Below are positions 1 through 9,056 of a stretch of 64,000 nucleotides of DNA, one piece after another (position 1 is the stretch's first letter; each line of letters opens with the position of its first letter). The translations under genes and the position numbers were made by a program. The notes under the pieces were generated by a model. The model was not told the origin of the DNA. It made no database searches and was given only the letters and a program-made list of their open reading frames with translations. Source of the DNA: Nitrosopumilaceae archaeon (GTDB lineage: Archaea > Thermoproteota > Nitrososphaeria > Nitrososphaerales > Nitrosopumilaceae); contig CBDCCK010000002.1 of assembly GCA_965214835.1 (NCBI GenBank), positions 448,001 through 512,000 of the forward strand, read 5' to 3'.

Positions 1-2696
1 TTACGCGGATCCGTGACGTTTACAATCTGGAGGCCGTTGTCTTTCTCCGAGGCCACCGCCACGTACGTGCCGTGTGCGGTCGTAAAGGTGTCCACTCCTA
101 CGGAACCGGCAAGCAAAAGCCCGCCGGCGCCCGCGGTATCCTTCAGCTGCCCGGCGGGTGCCGGGTTACGCGGATCCGTGACGTTTACAATCTGGAGGCC
201 GTTGTCGGCAAATGATGCTACTGCAGCATAAGTGGAACCTCCTACTGTGAAGACGTCTACGCCCCAAGGGCCGGCAAGCAAAAGCCCGCCGGCGCCCGCG
301 GTGTCCTTCAGCTGCCCGGCGGGCGCCGGGTTGTCGGGATCGGTAACGTTGATTATCTGGAGGCCTCTGTCGCGGGAGGATGTAACGGCCGCATATGTTT
401 TGTCACCTATTACAAAGACGGCCACGCCGCGGGATTTCTCAAGCAGCAGCTCATCGTCGATCCCGCCTGCAGGCTCGGTGTCTTCCACACTCCCGGAAGC
501 TTCCGGGTTGTCGGAATCTGTAACATTTACAATCTGGAGGGCGTCGTCACCATGTGAGGCGACTGCCGCGTACGTTTTATCGCCTATCGTGAATACATCC
601 ACACCGTATGCACCATCAAGCCGCAATGAGTTCGTGTCCGCCAGATGCCCGGCGGCGGATGGGCTGTCTGGATCAGTGACGTTGATTATCTGGAGGGCGT
701 CGTCACCATACGAGGCGACTGCCGCGTACGTTTTATCGCCTATCGTGAAGACGTCCAGGCTTGTGGCGGTAGTGAGCAGTCTGGGCCCGCCATCACGCAG
801 CTGCCCGGCAGGGGTAGCCGAGATCAGGGGGGTGGTATCCACTTCGGCCGCCACTATGTCAAAGGTCTCAGAGTCGGTGCCTCCGCGGCCGTCGTTTACC
901 GTTATTGTAACCTCGTGGGTCTGCCCGGCGTCTGCCTGAACCGGCGTCCAGGTGATGCTGCCGTCAGATGTGGAAAACACGGCAGCCGCCGGCAGCGTGC
1001 CGCGCGTGATGGAATACGTGTGCGTGTCAGTCGTGTCGGCGTCAGTTACGGTAGGCGTTATGGTCAGCTGGACTCCCACCGTAGCGGCCCGGTCGCCTAT
1101 CGTTCCCAGGACGGGGTCGTTGTTGCCGCGCACGACAGTTACAGTTACGGTGCCCTGTGTCGTGTCGGTGCCGTCAGTTACGGTATAACTGAAGGTGTCC
1201 GTACCATCATAGTCCTGGTCCGGGGTGTAAATTATGGTAGTATCATCATGTGTTGCAGTCCCGTTTGGCGGATCAGATACTGTCGATATTGCCGGGGTAT
1301 CCGATGTATCGGGATCCGATATATTCGGCGTTATGGCAATGGGTGTGTCCTCTAGAGTGATTGCCATCTCGGCCGGTGCCACCGGCGGTTCGTTGGGAGT
1401 CTCTGCCTCCGCGCCCAGTCGCACCAGCTGGATTCCGCGGTCATCTATAGCGGCTACCACGGCATAGATGGTGGTTCCTATTGCAAAAACATCCACAGCG
1501 CGGGCGCCGTCAAGCAGCAGGTCGGGGGTGTCTTTTAGCTGCCCGGCCTCGGTCGGATTGTCGGGATCAGTGACGTTTACAATCTGGAGGCCGTCCTCTT
1601 GTTGAGATATTACTGCCGCGTAGGCTCCATGTCCAATTACAAATGTGTCCACACCCCAAGCAGCACGAAGCAGCGTAGAGTCGCCATCCCCCAGATTTCC
1701 GGCGGGCGTCGGGTTGTCAGGATCGGTGACGTTTACAATCTGGAGGCCGTGTTCCCGATTAGAGGAGACTGCGGCGTAGGTGTTGCTGCCTATCATAAAG
1801 ACGTCCACGCCTACAGCGCGATCAAGCAGTCTGGAGCCGTTATCCCCCAGATTTCCGGCGGGCGTCGGGTTGTCAGGATCGGTGACGTTTACAATCTGGA
1901 GGCCGTTGTCGTCATTGGAGGCAACTGCCGCGTAGGTGTTGTCACCGGCCCGGAAGATGTCCACGTATCTGGAGTCGTCAAGCCGGAGGGAGCCCGTGTC
2001 GTCCAGCTGTCCAGATACTGCAGGATTGTGCGGATCGGTGACGTTTACAATCTGGAGGCCGCTGTCGCCGGAGGTGACTGCGGCGTATGTACGGAGGTCT
2101 ACATCGAATACGGCCACGCTGAATGGACCGCTAATCAGCGACGTACTGTTAAGGCTTCCGGCGGGCGACGGGGCGGCCGGGTTCGTGACGTCTACAATCT
2201 GGAGGCCGTCTAACTGGGCGACGACTGCGGCGTAGGTGTTGCTGCCTATCGTGAAGATGTCTACGCCGCGGGCGACGTTAAGCGATAGATCATCACCCCT
2301 GTCTAACAGCTGTCCTACGGCGTCCGGGGTGGACGGATTGGTGACGTTTACAATCTGGAGGCCGTCGTCGGTCTGGGAAGCCACCGCCGCGTAGGTGTTG
2401 TTGCCTATTGTGAAGACGTCCACGTCTGAGGCGCCCTCAAGCAGCAGTGTGTTATTATCTCTCAGACTGCCGACGGCAGTCACCTCGATCTCGCTCTGCT
2501 GCGCATATGCCTCCCCCTGCAGGGCTCCGGCTGAGGTCATAAGGCCCAGGACGGCGGCCACAATGAACACTAGGTGCAGGGAGGCAGTACTTGCAAGGGC
2601 CCGGTGGGGTTTATGCTGCCGTACCGCGGCTATGGCAGGCCACCTCCGGATTCGAGTGTGATCCCCCCATGTAGTCTGGTTTGCCTTCTTGTACAA
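1..2696 (-). CDS. Large secreted LVIVD-repeat (beta-propeller) surface protein with Ig/cadherin-like domains; 3' end runs off the window; start uncertain
   Basis: Minus-strand frame open from a TAG at 2727-2729 to base 1. It has a signal-like segment (LVFIVAAVLGLMTSAGALQGEAYAQ), many repeats of VDVFTIG..TYAAVAS...GLQIVNVTDP.NP..AG.L.D, and Ig-like units (YTPDQDYDGTDTFSYTVTDG; ITWTP...VTITVNDGRGG). In-frame starts are TTG 2696, GTG ~2570 and ATG ~2540. Confidence 0.85.
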   Translation of the reverse strand, partial: MYKKANQTTWGDHTRIRRWPAIAAVRQHKPHRALASTASLHLVFIVAAVLGLMTSAGALQGEAYAQQSEIEVTAVGSLRDNNTLLLEGASDVDVFTIGNNTYAAVASQTDDGLQIVNVTNPSTPDAVGQLLDRGDDLSLNVARGVDIFTIGSNTYAAVVAQLDGLQIVDVTNPAAPSPAGSLNSTSLISGPFSVAVFDVDLRTYAAVTSGDSGLQIVNVTDPHNPAVSGQLDDTGSLRLDDSRYVDIFRAGDNTYAAVASNDDNGLQIVNVTDPDNPTPAGNLGDNGSRLLDRAVGVDVFMIGSNTYAAVSSNREHGLQIVNVTDPDNPTPAGNLGDGDSTLLRAAWGVDTFVIGHGAYAAVISQQEDGLQIVNVTDPDNPTEAGQLKDTPDLLLDGARAVDVFAIGTTIYAVVAAIDDRGIQLVRLGAEAETPNEPPVAPAEMAITLEDTPIAITPNISDPDTSDTPAISTVSDPPNGTATHDDTTIIYTPDQDYDGTDTFSYTVTDGTDTTQGTVTVTVVRGNNDPVLGTIGDRAATVGVQLTITPTVTDADTTDTHTYSITRGTLPAAAVFSTSDGSITWTPVQADAGQTHEVTITVNDGRGGTDSETFDIVAAEVDTTPLISATPAGQLRDGGPRLLTTATSLDVFTIGDKTYAAVASYGDDALQIINVTDPDSPSAAGHLADTNSLRLDGAYGVDVFTIGDKTYAAVASHGDDALQIVNVTDSDNPEASGSVEDTEPAGGIDDELLLEKSRGVAVFVIGDKTYAAVTSSRDRGLQIINVTDPDNPAPAGQLKDTAGAGGLLLAGPWGVDVFTVGGSTYAAVASFADNGLQIVNVTDPRNPAPAGQLKDTAGAGGLLLAGSVGVDTFTTAHGTYVAVASEKDNGLQIVNVTDPR

Positions 2697-2804
2697 GCCA
2701 CCTGGGGCGGGTCGTGCATATGCCGTCTAGCTGCGTACCGGCCCCCATACAGTAAGGAACCGGACTAGGCCGTCCTGCCTCCCCGACGGTGGGGCTCGGG
2801 TCGG

Positions 2805-2895
2805 CCCCCCCCCCCAGTCCAATGATCGCCATATGCTTGACAGGAAAAAGGCAAGATGGACATGGTCAAGTCAGGTGGGTCTACCCCCCCCCCCC
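2805..2895. repeat. Homopolymer C tracts (C11 at 2805-2815, C12 at 2884-2895) upstream of the LVIVD gene
   Basis: Read directly from the sequence. Confidence 0.9.
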
Positions 2896-3022
2896 GTGAC
2901 TGCCTATACTTGCAAGGGTGCAGTGTAAGGGATTCATCACAATATCAGGTTTAAGCTGGATCCGGTTATTAAGTATAGATCTGGGCAGAGTCTGCTGCAT
3001 GACCCCTCCCCATACGACTCGC

Positions 3023-3165
3023 CTGAGAGTTGATTCGAAATTAGCAAATTCTGATTATTTGTGAACGAATTTGCATGAAACAGCTCAAAACATCAACAAA
3101 ATATAAGTTATCTATAAAATTACTTGAAAAACTCGTATGGCCTCTAATTTCAGATCACCTCTCTG
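3023..3165. mobile_element. MITE family A (~140 bp)
   Basis: TIR GAGAGTTGATTCGAAATTAG / CTAATTTCAGATCACCTCTC; copies at 34599-34739 and 31008-31272 (inverted). Confidence 0.85.
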
Positions 3166-3345
3166 GCCGCAGCACAGCCATGCCGGCCGCAGGGACGGCC
3201 TGCCAACCGCCCCACAGCACCACGCGCGGCTCGGACATGCAAGCCACGCGCGGACATTCCGGCATGACTGCAGGCAGGGCAGGCGCCTCGCTCAGGGCAT
3301 GCCTGCCCCCGAAAATTTTAATCTGATCAACGCCTGACAGAATGC

Positions 3346-3732
3346 ATGGACTTGATGCAGATGGCACCGCTGGTAATCTATGACGACAGGTGCTATCTGT
3401 GCGTCAGGTTTGCCCGGATTGTAAGCACCCTGGGAAGGGGAAGGCTGATGACGATAGGCCACTATTCAAGGACTGGAGAGGATCTGCGTAAAAGGATCCT
3501 GGACTCTAGTGCGCTGGAGATGTTTTGGTTCGTGGACGGAAAGACCGCGTTTGGCGGAAGGGCCGCGCTGCTGCCGCTGCTAAGGGCAGTCATGTTCTCA
3601 AAAAAAGCCCGCCGGGAGGCCGCAAGGCCGGACGGATCATGCAAGTCAGAGTGCAAAAATGTCAGGGCCGTCTTTTTTAGATCCGCCAGCCTGCTCTCAA
3701 ACAGCAGGACAGTCCGAATCAGACAAGCATAA
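3346..3732 (+). CDS. DCC1-like thiol-disulfide oxidoreductase (DUF393)
   Basis: N-terminal YDDRCYLC (DxxCxxC) motif. Confidence 0.7.
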   Translation: MDLMQMAPLVIYDDRCYLCVRFARIVSTLGRGRLMTIGHYSRTGEDLRKRILDSSALEMFWFVDGKTAFGGRAALLPLLRAVMFSKKARREAARPDGSCKSECKNVRAVFFRSASLLSNSRTVRIRQA

Positions 3733-3759
3733 AATACCGGGAAAAACTAGGGACGCCAA

Positions 3760-5229
3760 ATGCCGACAAAGTCACAGGACGTCGACCCCGGGAGGAAGAA
3801 AACCCAGCTGCTGTGCGCGTTTGTCCTGGAGGGATCCCCGCGCGCGCTCGGGCTGGAAAAGACGGACGGCGAGATCTCAAGGGCAATAAAACAGTCCGCG
3901 GTGGAGATCGGGGGCAAGCTGGGAAAGACCTCGGTAATCAACACGCTGGGAAGGCTTCCGGCAGAGAGGATCCTCCTTGCCGGCCTCGGGGGGGAGATCA
4001 CCCCAGATACGTTCAGGATCGCAGCAGGCAGGATGGCCCTCAAGGCAAGGGAGGTCGGGGTCTCGGAGTTTTCCGTCATAGTTCCAAAAAGCCACGTCTA
4101 CGACCCGTTTTCCTCCGTGCCACAGATCATCGAGGGGGCAATGATGTCGCTGTTCTCCTTTGATGACTACAAAAGCGAGAGATCCGGAAAGGGCCCGGAG
4201 ATGACCCTGCTTGTATCGGACTCGGCAAGGATGAAGAGGGTGATTCGTGAGGCAGAAAGGACGGCAGACGCCGTTATCTTTGCAAAGGCGATGGCAAACC
4301 TGCCTCCAAATGACTGCGTGCCGGCAACGCTGGCATCGGCTGCAAGATCGCTTGCAAAAGGCAAGATGAGGTGTAAGGTAATCTCCAAGTCCGGGCTCAA
4401 GAGGCAGGGATTTGGAGGAATCACCGCGGTAGGGCAGGGAAGCAGGAACGAGCCCAAGCTGATCATACTGGAGTACAACGGCGGCAGGCGCGGGCAAAGG
4501 CCGGTCGTGCTGGTGGGAAAGGCAGTGACGTTTGACACGGGCGGAATCTCACTAAAGCCCGGTGACAAGATGGACGAGATGAAGTTTGACAAGTGCGGGG
4601 GATGCACCGTACTGGGAATAATGAAGGCAGTCTCGGAGCTAAAGCTCAAGCAAAACATAGTAGGAATCATTCCGTCCGTTGAGAACATGCCGGGTGGAGA
4701 ATCATACAGGCCAGGGGACATCATCAGGCTGTACAGCGGAAAGACCGCAGAGATCATAAACACAGATGCAGAGGGCAGGCTGATTCTGGCAGACGCGCTG
4801 GCCTACGGCGAGAAAAAGTACTCACCAAGGGCAATCATCGACTTTGCCACACTGACCGGTGCCTGCATTGTAGCACTGGGCACCAACGTGGCGGCAATGG
4901 TAACAAACGATAGCGGCCTGGCAGAAAGGTTCAGGCAGGCATCGGAGAACACGGCCGAGGCAGTCTGGCAGCTGCCACTCAACGACGACTATATGGGCAT
5001 GATAAGGTCAGAGGTGGCCGACATCAAAAACATGGGAACGGGCAAGGCGGCAGGAACGATTGCAGCTGCCGCGTTCCTGAGGGAGGCCGTAGAAAAGACC
5101 CCCTGGATACACTTTGACATTGCAGGAGTGGCGTGGACGCAGGTGGCAACAAAGGAAAAGCCGTACAATCCCAAGGGTGCAACGGGGTTTGGGGTAAGAA
5201 TGATCCTGGACTTTCTCGGCAGAAGGTAG
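3760..5229 (+). CDS. pepA: Leucyl aminopeptidase (M17)
   Basis: VGKAVTFDTGGISLKP, MKFDKCG and NTDAEGRL motifs. Confidence 0.95.
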   Translation: MPTKSQDVDPGRKKTQLLCAFVLEGSPRALGLEKTDGEISRAIKQSAVEIGGKLGKTSVINTLGRLPAERILLAGLGGEITPDTFRIAAGRMALKAREVGVSEFSVIVPKSHVYDPFSSVPQIIEGAMMSLFSFDDYKSERSGKGPEMTLLVSDSARMKRVIREAERTADAVIFAKAMANLPPNDCVPATLASAARSLAKGKMRCKVISKSGLKRQGFGGITAVGQGSRNEPKLIILEYNGGRRGQRPVVLVGKAVTFDTGGISLKPGDKMDEMKFDKCGGCTVLGIMKAVSELKLKQNIVGIIPSVENMPGGESYRPGDIIRLYSGKTAEIINTDAEGRLILADALAYGEKKYSPRAIIDFATLTGACIVALGTNVAAMVTNDSGLAERFRQASENTAEAVWQLPLNDDYMGMIRSEVADIKNMGTGKAAGTIAAAAFLREAVEKTPWIHFDIAGVAWTQVATKEKPYNPKGATGFGVRMILDFLGRR

Positions 5230-5358
5230 TCAATAGCCCCGGCTGTTTCGGTTCGGCCTGCCCGCATCGGGATTCCTCCATCCGTGCCTTTCCATCAGGT
5301 GGTTTAGCAGCCTGATGTCATCCTCGCATGGCTGGCCGCACACGGAGCAATCAGGCAT
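5230..5358 (-). CDS. 42-aa C2H2-type zinc-finger microprotein
   Basis: MPDCSVCGQPCEDDIRLLNHLMERHGW: CxxC-x12-HxxxxH spacing. Confidence 0.55.
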   Translation of the reverse strand: MPDCSVCGQPCEDDIRLLNHLMERHGWRNPDAGRPNRNSRGY

Positions 5359-5391
5359 GTGATATCCAGAAAAGACCGGAATTAAAACCAA

Positions 5392-5512
5392 GGGATGCCA
5401 GCACTGTTGCTTCCCAAGGGCTCTCGCACCTAAGTAACACAACAGCGACGTCAGGTTTGACTTCCAAGTTCGGAAAGGGATTGGGTCGCACCCTAACGCT
5501 ATGGCCGGCTTG
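5392..5512 (-). rRNA. rrf: 5S rRNA
   Basis: Reverse complement GCCGGCCATAGCG...CCCAATCCCTTTCCGAACTTGGAAGTCAAACC...GTGCGAGAGCCCTTGGGAAGC...GCTGGC has the CCGAAC loop and paired ends; termini approximate. Confidence 0.93.
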
Positions 5513-5601
5513 AGCATGATGCAGTCAGAGTCATCTATTAAGGTAACCCTCAAAACAGCCGTCAAAAGGGTATTAAACCCACGGATCCATGAAGCTATTC
5601 G

Positions 5602-7389
5602 ATGACCCACAGGGTTGCCGTCCTAGACAGGGAGCTTTGCCAGCCAAAAAAGTGCGGCCTGGAGTGTATAAAGTACTGCCCGGTAAACAAGTCCGGGGCA
5701 GACTGCATCGTGCTCAGCGAGGAGACAAGAAAGGCGCAAATCGACGAGGACGTCTGCAACGGATGCGGAATCTGCGTCAAGGTGTGCCCGTTTGATGCAA
5801 TAACGATCGTCAACCTTGCAGCGGAGCTTGCCGCAGACAAGGTTCACCAGTACGGGGCCAACTCGTTTAGGCTCTACAGGCTGCCCGTCCCAAAAAAGGG
5901 CCAGGTCATTGGGCTTCTTGGCAGGAACGGAATGGGAAAGAGCACCGTCCTCAGCATCCTGTCGGGGGGCCTAAAGCCCAACCTGGGAGACTATGAAAGC
6001 CCCCCGGACTGGGACGATATTCTAAGATACTATGGCGGAACCGAGCTAAAGTCGCACTTTCAGAAGATCATGGACGGACAGATCAGCGCGTCCATAAAGC
6101 CGCAGCAGGTCCATCACGTGGCCCGGGCGTTTGATGGAACCGGAAAAGACCTTTTGGAAAAATATGACCAAAGGGGGGCTGCCAGGCAGCTGACCAGGGA
6201 TCTGGGACTAGAGAACTCCATGGAGCAGTGCCTAGAAGAGCTGAGCGGCGGGGAGCTGCAGAGGCTGGCAGTGGCGGTGGCCGCATCAAGGGATGCGGAG
6301 TTTTACTTCTTCGACGAGCCCTCCTCATACAACGATGTCTTCCAGAGGACCGGAGTCGCCAAGACGATCCATGGCCTGGCAAAGATTGGAAAAAGCGTGA
6401 TGGTAGTAGAGCACGACCTGACCCTGCTGGACTATCTCAGTGACTATATCGAGGTCATATACGGCGAGCCGGCAGCCTATGGAATAGTCTCAAGCGTGTT
6501 GTCCACCAAGGTGGGCATCAATGTCTTCCTTGACGGCTATCTTCCAAGCGAGAACGTTAGGTTCAGGGACAAGCGGTTTACCTTTGACGTGTCATCGACG
6601 TCGACTGACGAGTTCCAGGAGGGGGGCGAGGTAATAACATACCCGAGACTCGAGAAGAGATACCCGACGTTTGCCGCATTCATCGACGGGGGCAGGGTGC
6701 GGAGGGGGGAGATCGTCGGAATCATGGGGGCCAACGCCCTGGGCAAGACGACGATGATGAAGATGATTGCAGGTGTCGAGGAGCCCGATGCCGGGGAGAC
6801 CGACAGGAAGGTAAGGATGTCATACAAGCCGCAATACCTGCAAAACGACGCCGATGTGGAGGTCGTCGCGTTGCTGGACAGGGCAAACGGGGGACAGATA
6901 GAGGGGAGCCTGGAGGAGGAGCAGATCATTGATCCGCTGAAAATCAAAAAGCTATACAACAAGTCGGTCAAAAACCTCTCCGGCGGGGAGCTGCAAAAGG
7001 TCGCAGTGGCCGCCTGCCTCCTGCAAAAGGCCGACCTGTATGCGCTAGACGAGCCCTCTGCATTCCTGGACGTGGAGGACAGGATTGCGATTGCAAAGTT
7101 CCTGCAAAAGTTCGTCCGCTCCTTTGGCAAGTCCGCAATCGTAATCGATCACGATATACAGCTGATGGACCTGATTTCTGACAGCATGGTAATCTTTGAG
7201 GGAACCCCCGGCCTTGAGGGCCACGCCACGTCACCGATGCCCAAGCCCGAGGCCATGAACAGGTTCCTGGGCACGCTGGGCATGTCGTTTAGAAGGGATG
7301 AAAAGTCAATGCGCCCGCGGGTAAACAAGACGGACAGCAGGCTGGACAAGGATCAAAGATCATCGGGCAACTTTTACTACACGAAATGA
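5602..7389 (+). CDS. rli: ABCE1/RLI ribosome-recycling ATPase
   Basis: N-terminal 4Fe-4S cysteines (CQPKKCGLECIKYCP; CNGCGICVKVCP) and two ABC domains with LSGGELQ. Confidence 0.97.
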   Translation: MTHRVAVLDRELCQPKKCGLECIKYCPVNKSGADCIVLSEETRKAQIDEDVCNGCGICVKVCPFDAITIVNLAAELAADKVHQYGANSFRLYRLPVPKKGQVIGLLGRNGMGKSTVLSILSGGLKPNLGDYESPPDWDDILRYYGGTELKSHFQKIMDGQISASIKPQQVHHVARAFDGTGKDLLEKYDQRGAARQLTRDLGLENSMEQCLEELSGGELQRLAVAVAASRDAEFYFFDEPSSYNDVFQRTGVAKTIHGLAKIGKSVMVVEHDLTLLDYLSDYIEVIYGEPAAYGIVSSVLSTKVGINVFLDGYLPSENVRFRDKRFTFDVSSTSTDEFQEGGEVITYPRLEKRYPTFAAFIDGGRVRRGEIVGIMGANALGKTTMMKMIAGVEEPDAGETDRKVRMSYKPQYLQNDADVEVVALLDRANGGQIEGSLEEEQIIDPLKIKKLYNKSVKNLSGGELQKVAVAACLLQKADLYALDEPSAFLDVEDRIAIAKFLQKFVRSFGKSAIVIDHDIQLMDLISDSMVIFEGTPGLEGHATSPMPKPEAMNRFLGTLGMSFRRDEKSMRPRVNKTDSRLDKDQRSSGNFYYTK

Positions 7390-8246
7390 CGCGTATGCTA
7401 AGGAGGGCACTGGGGGGCATGCTAACAGAGCAGGAAGGCTGCGAGCTGTTCTCGGCCTTTGACCAGATAGGCAGGATCATCATAGTCAGGATTCCCGACT
7501 CGCTGCTAGGAAAAAAGAGGGTCATAGGGGAGGCGCTGCTAGAGCAGGTCAAGACGGCCGAGTCGGTCTTCTACCAGTCATCAGACGTGGAGGGGGACTT
7601 TAGGACGCGCGGCCTAGAGCTCATTGCAGGCGCGGACTCTACGGAAACCGAGTACAGGGAGCACGGGTGCAGGTTCGTCGTGGACGTGCAAAAGGCGTTT
7701 TTTTCGCCAAGGCTGTCCACCGAGAGGCTGCGAATCGCAAGCCAGGTACAGGACTCTGACGTCATAGTCAACATGTTTGCAGGAATCGGGACGTTCTCGA
7801 TTGTCGCCGCCAAGAACAAAAAATGCACCGTATACAGCATCGATGCCAACCCCGAGGCGTCAAGGCTGTGCGAGCAAAACGTATCGATGAACAGGCTTGC
7901 CGGAAGGGTGATCACGATTAACGGAGACGCCGCGGAGGTGGTCAGGGAAAAGCTCCAGGATGCCGCCACCAGGACGCTGATGCTCCTGCCCGAAAGATCC
8001 GACGAGTTCCTGGACTCGGCGGTTGCTGCTACCGGAAGCGGCGGAATCATCCACTATTACGCACATACGCGCTCAGAAAGGAAGACGGAGGCGCCAAGAA
8101 TTGCAGAGATGCACTTTGCAGGAGTCTGTCCTGCAACGCACTCGATCCTGGGCTCAAAGAACGTCAGGGCCGTGGGTCCCAGATACTACCAGACGGTAGT
8201 CGATGCAAGAATCTCAAAAGAGTCAGTCGTCGGGGCCGTACGATGA
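7386..8246 (+). CDS. Trm5/Taw2 (Met-10+) family SAM-dependent tRNA modification enzyme
   Basis: FFSPRLSTERLRI and NMFAGIGTFS motifs. Confidence 0.85.
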   Translation: MTRMLRRALGGMLTEQEGCELFSAFDQIGRIIIVRIPDSLLGKKRVIGEALLEQVKTAESVFYQSSDVEGDFRTRGLELIAGADSTETEYREHGCRFVVDVQKAFFSPRLSTERLRIASQVQDSDVIVNMFAGIGTFSIVAAKNKKCTVYSIDANPEASRLCEQNVSMNRLAGRVITINGDAAEVVREKLQDAATRTLMLLPERSDEFLDSAVAATGSGGIIHYYAHTRSERKTEAPRIAEMHFAGVCPATHSILGSKNVRAVGPRYYQTVVDARISKESVVGAVR

Positions 8247-8453
8247 TGGGGCCGGCCGGGTGGTGGCCATCGTATACCCAATCCAGGCAACGGTTCCCAG
8301 AACCCCGCCTACAATCATCAGCACGGACAACTCCAAGACAATCTTTCCCCACTCTGAGAGCATTACGAGGTAGGCGTATGTGAAGAATCCGGCTATGCAC
8401 AGGCAGAAGATTGCGGCCCCCGTCGATTTTCGCCTGTCCATGGCGCTTGACAC
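8223..8453 (-). CDS. Small two-TM membrane protein
   Basis: Two hydrophobic helices followed by WIGYTMATT.P. Confidence 0.65.
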   Translation of the reverse strand: MSSAMDRRKSTGAAIFCLCIAGFFTYAYLVMLSEWGKIVLELSVLMIVGGVLGTVAWIGYTMATTRPAPSSYGPDD

Positions 8454-8478
8454 CCGGCGTTGTTATTTATTCGTAGTT

Positions 8479-8979
8479 TCAATAGTCAAACTCGCGGGAC
8501 ATGAGATACGCGTCCTCGCCGTCACGGTAATACGCGCTTAGCCGCTGCCTTGTGACGAATCCCAGCCCCTCGTACAGACGGACGGCCTCATTGTTGCTGC
8601 ACCTGACCTCCAGATAGAACTCGTCGCACCTTTTGATCCGGACGCCGCTGACTGCCTCCTCGACTATTGCCTTCCCTATCCCCCGTCCCCTGAACTCGGG
8701 AAGGACTGCAACGGAGACCATGTGCCCCTTTTTGACAAACCCGAGCTTTTTGAAGTTGGAAAACCCAAACTCGGTCTTGCACATTATATACCCGACATAC
8801 CTGTCCCCGACCTGCGCGACAAGGAACGCCTCGGGCATCTCGGCCAGCAGGCTCTCATAGAAATAGTCAGAATAGTGCTCAGGCAGGGTCTTGAGGTTGA
8901 TCTCCATTACGGGGATCAGATCCCCCAGATCGGCACGCCGGATGATACAGTCCCCCAGCTGGCGAAGGATAACCTGCAT
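8479..8979 (-). CDS. ard1: N-terminal acetyltransferase (Ard1/RimI GNAT)
   Basis: LPEHY, GHMVSVAV.PEFRGRGIG, LEVRCSN and YYRDGEDAY; start placed at ATG 8979. Confidence 0.9.
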   Translation of the reverse strand: MQVILRQLGDCIIRRADLGDLIPVMEINLKTLPEHYSDYFYESLLAEMPEAFLVAQVGDRYVGYIMCKTEFGFSNFKKLGFVKKGHMVSVAVLPEFRGRGIGKAIVEEAVSGVRIKRCDEFYLEVRCSNNEAVRLYEGLGFVTRQRLSAYYRDGEDAYLMSREFDY

Positions 8980-9056
8980 GAAAAGGATACGATATCGCAA
9001 ATATTTAATGTTAAACCGCGAAAGCCATTAATGCCGAGGATCCGCTAGCAAGTACA

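Noticed and set aside
1-2400. Regularly spaced ~23-bp repeat as a CRISPR array
   Set aside because: The repeats encode GLQIVNVT in frame, spacing is about 150 bp, and no cas genes are present.
1-2661. Plus-strand ORFs with repeated TFTIWRP motifs
   Set aside because: They are antisense shadows of the minus-strand LVIVD gene, which the ORF track omitted because it runs off the window.
3075-3326. Short ORFs overlapping MITEs (also 25367-25549, 33228-33767, 51545-51754, 61233-61661, 62403-62600)
   Set aside because: They start in or span non-coding repeat elements and have no recognisable motifs.
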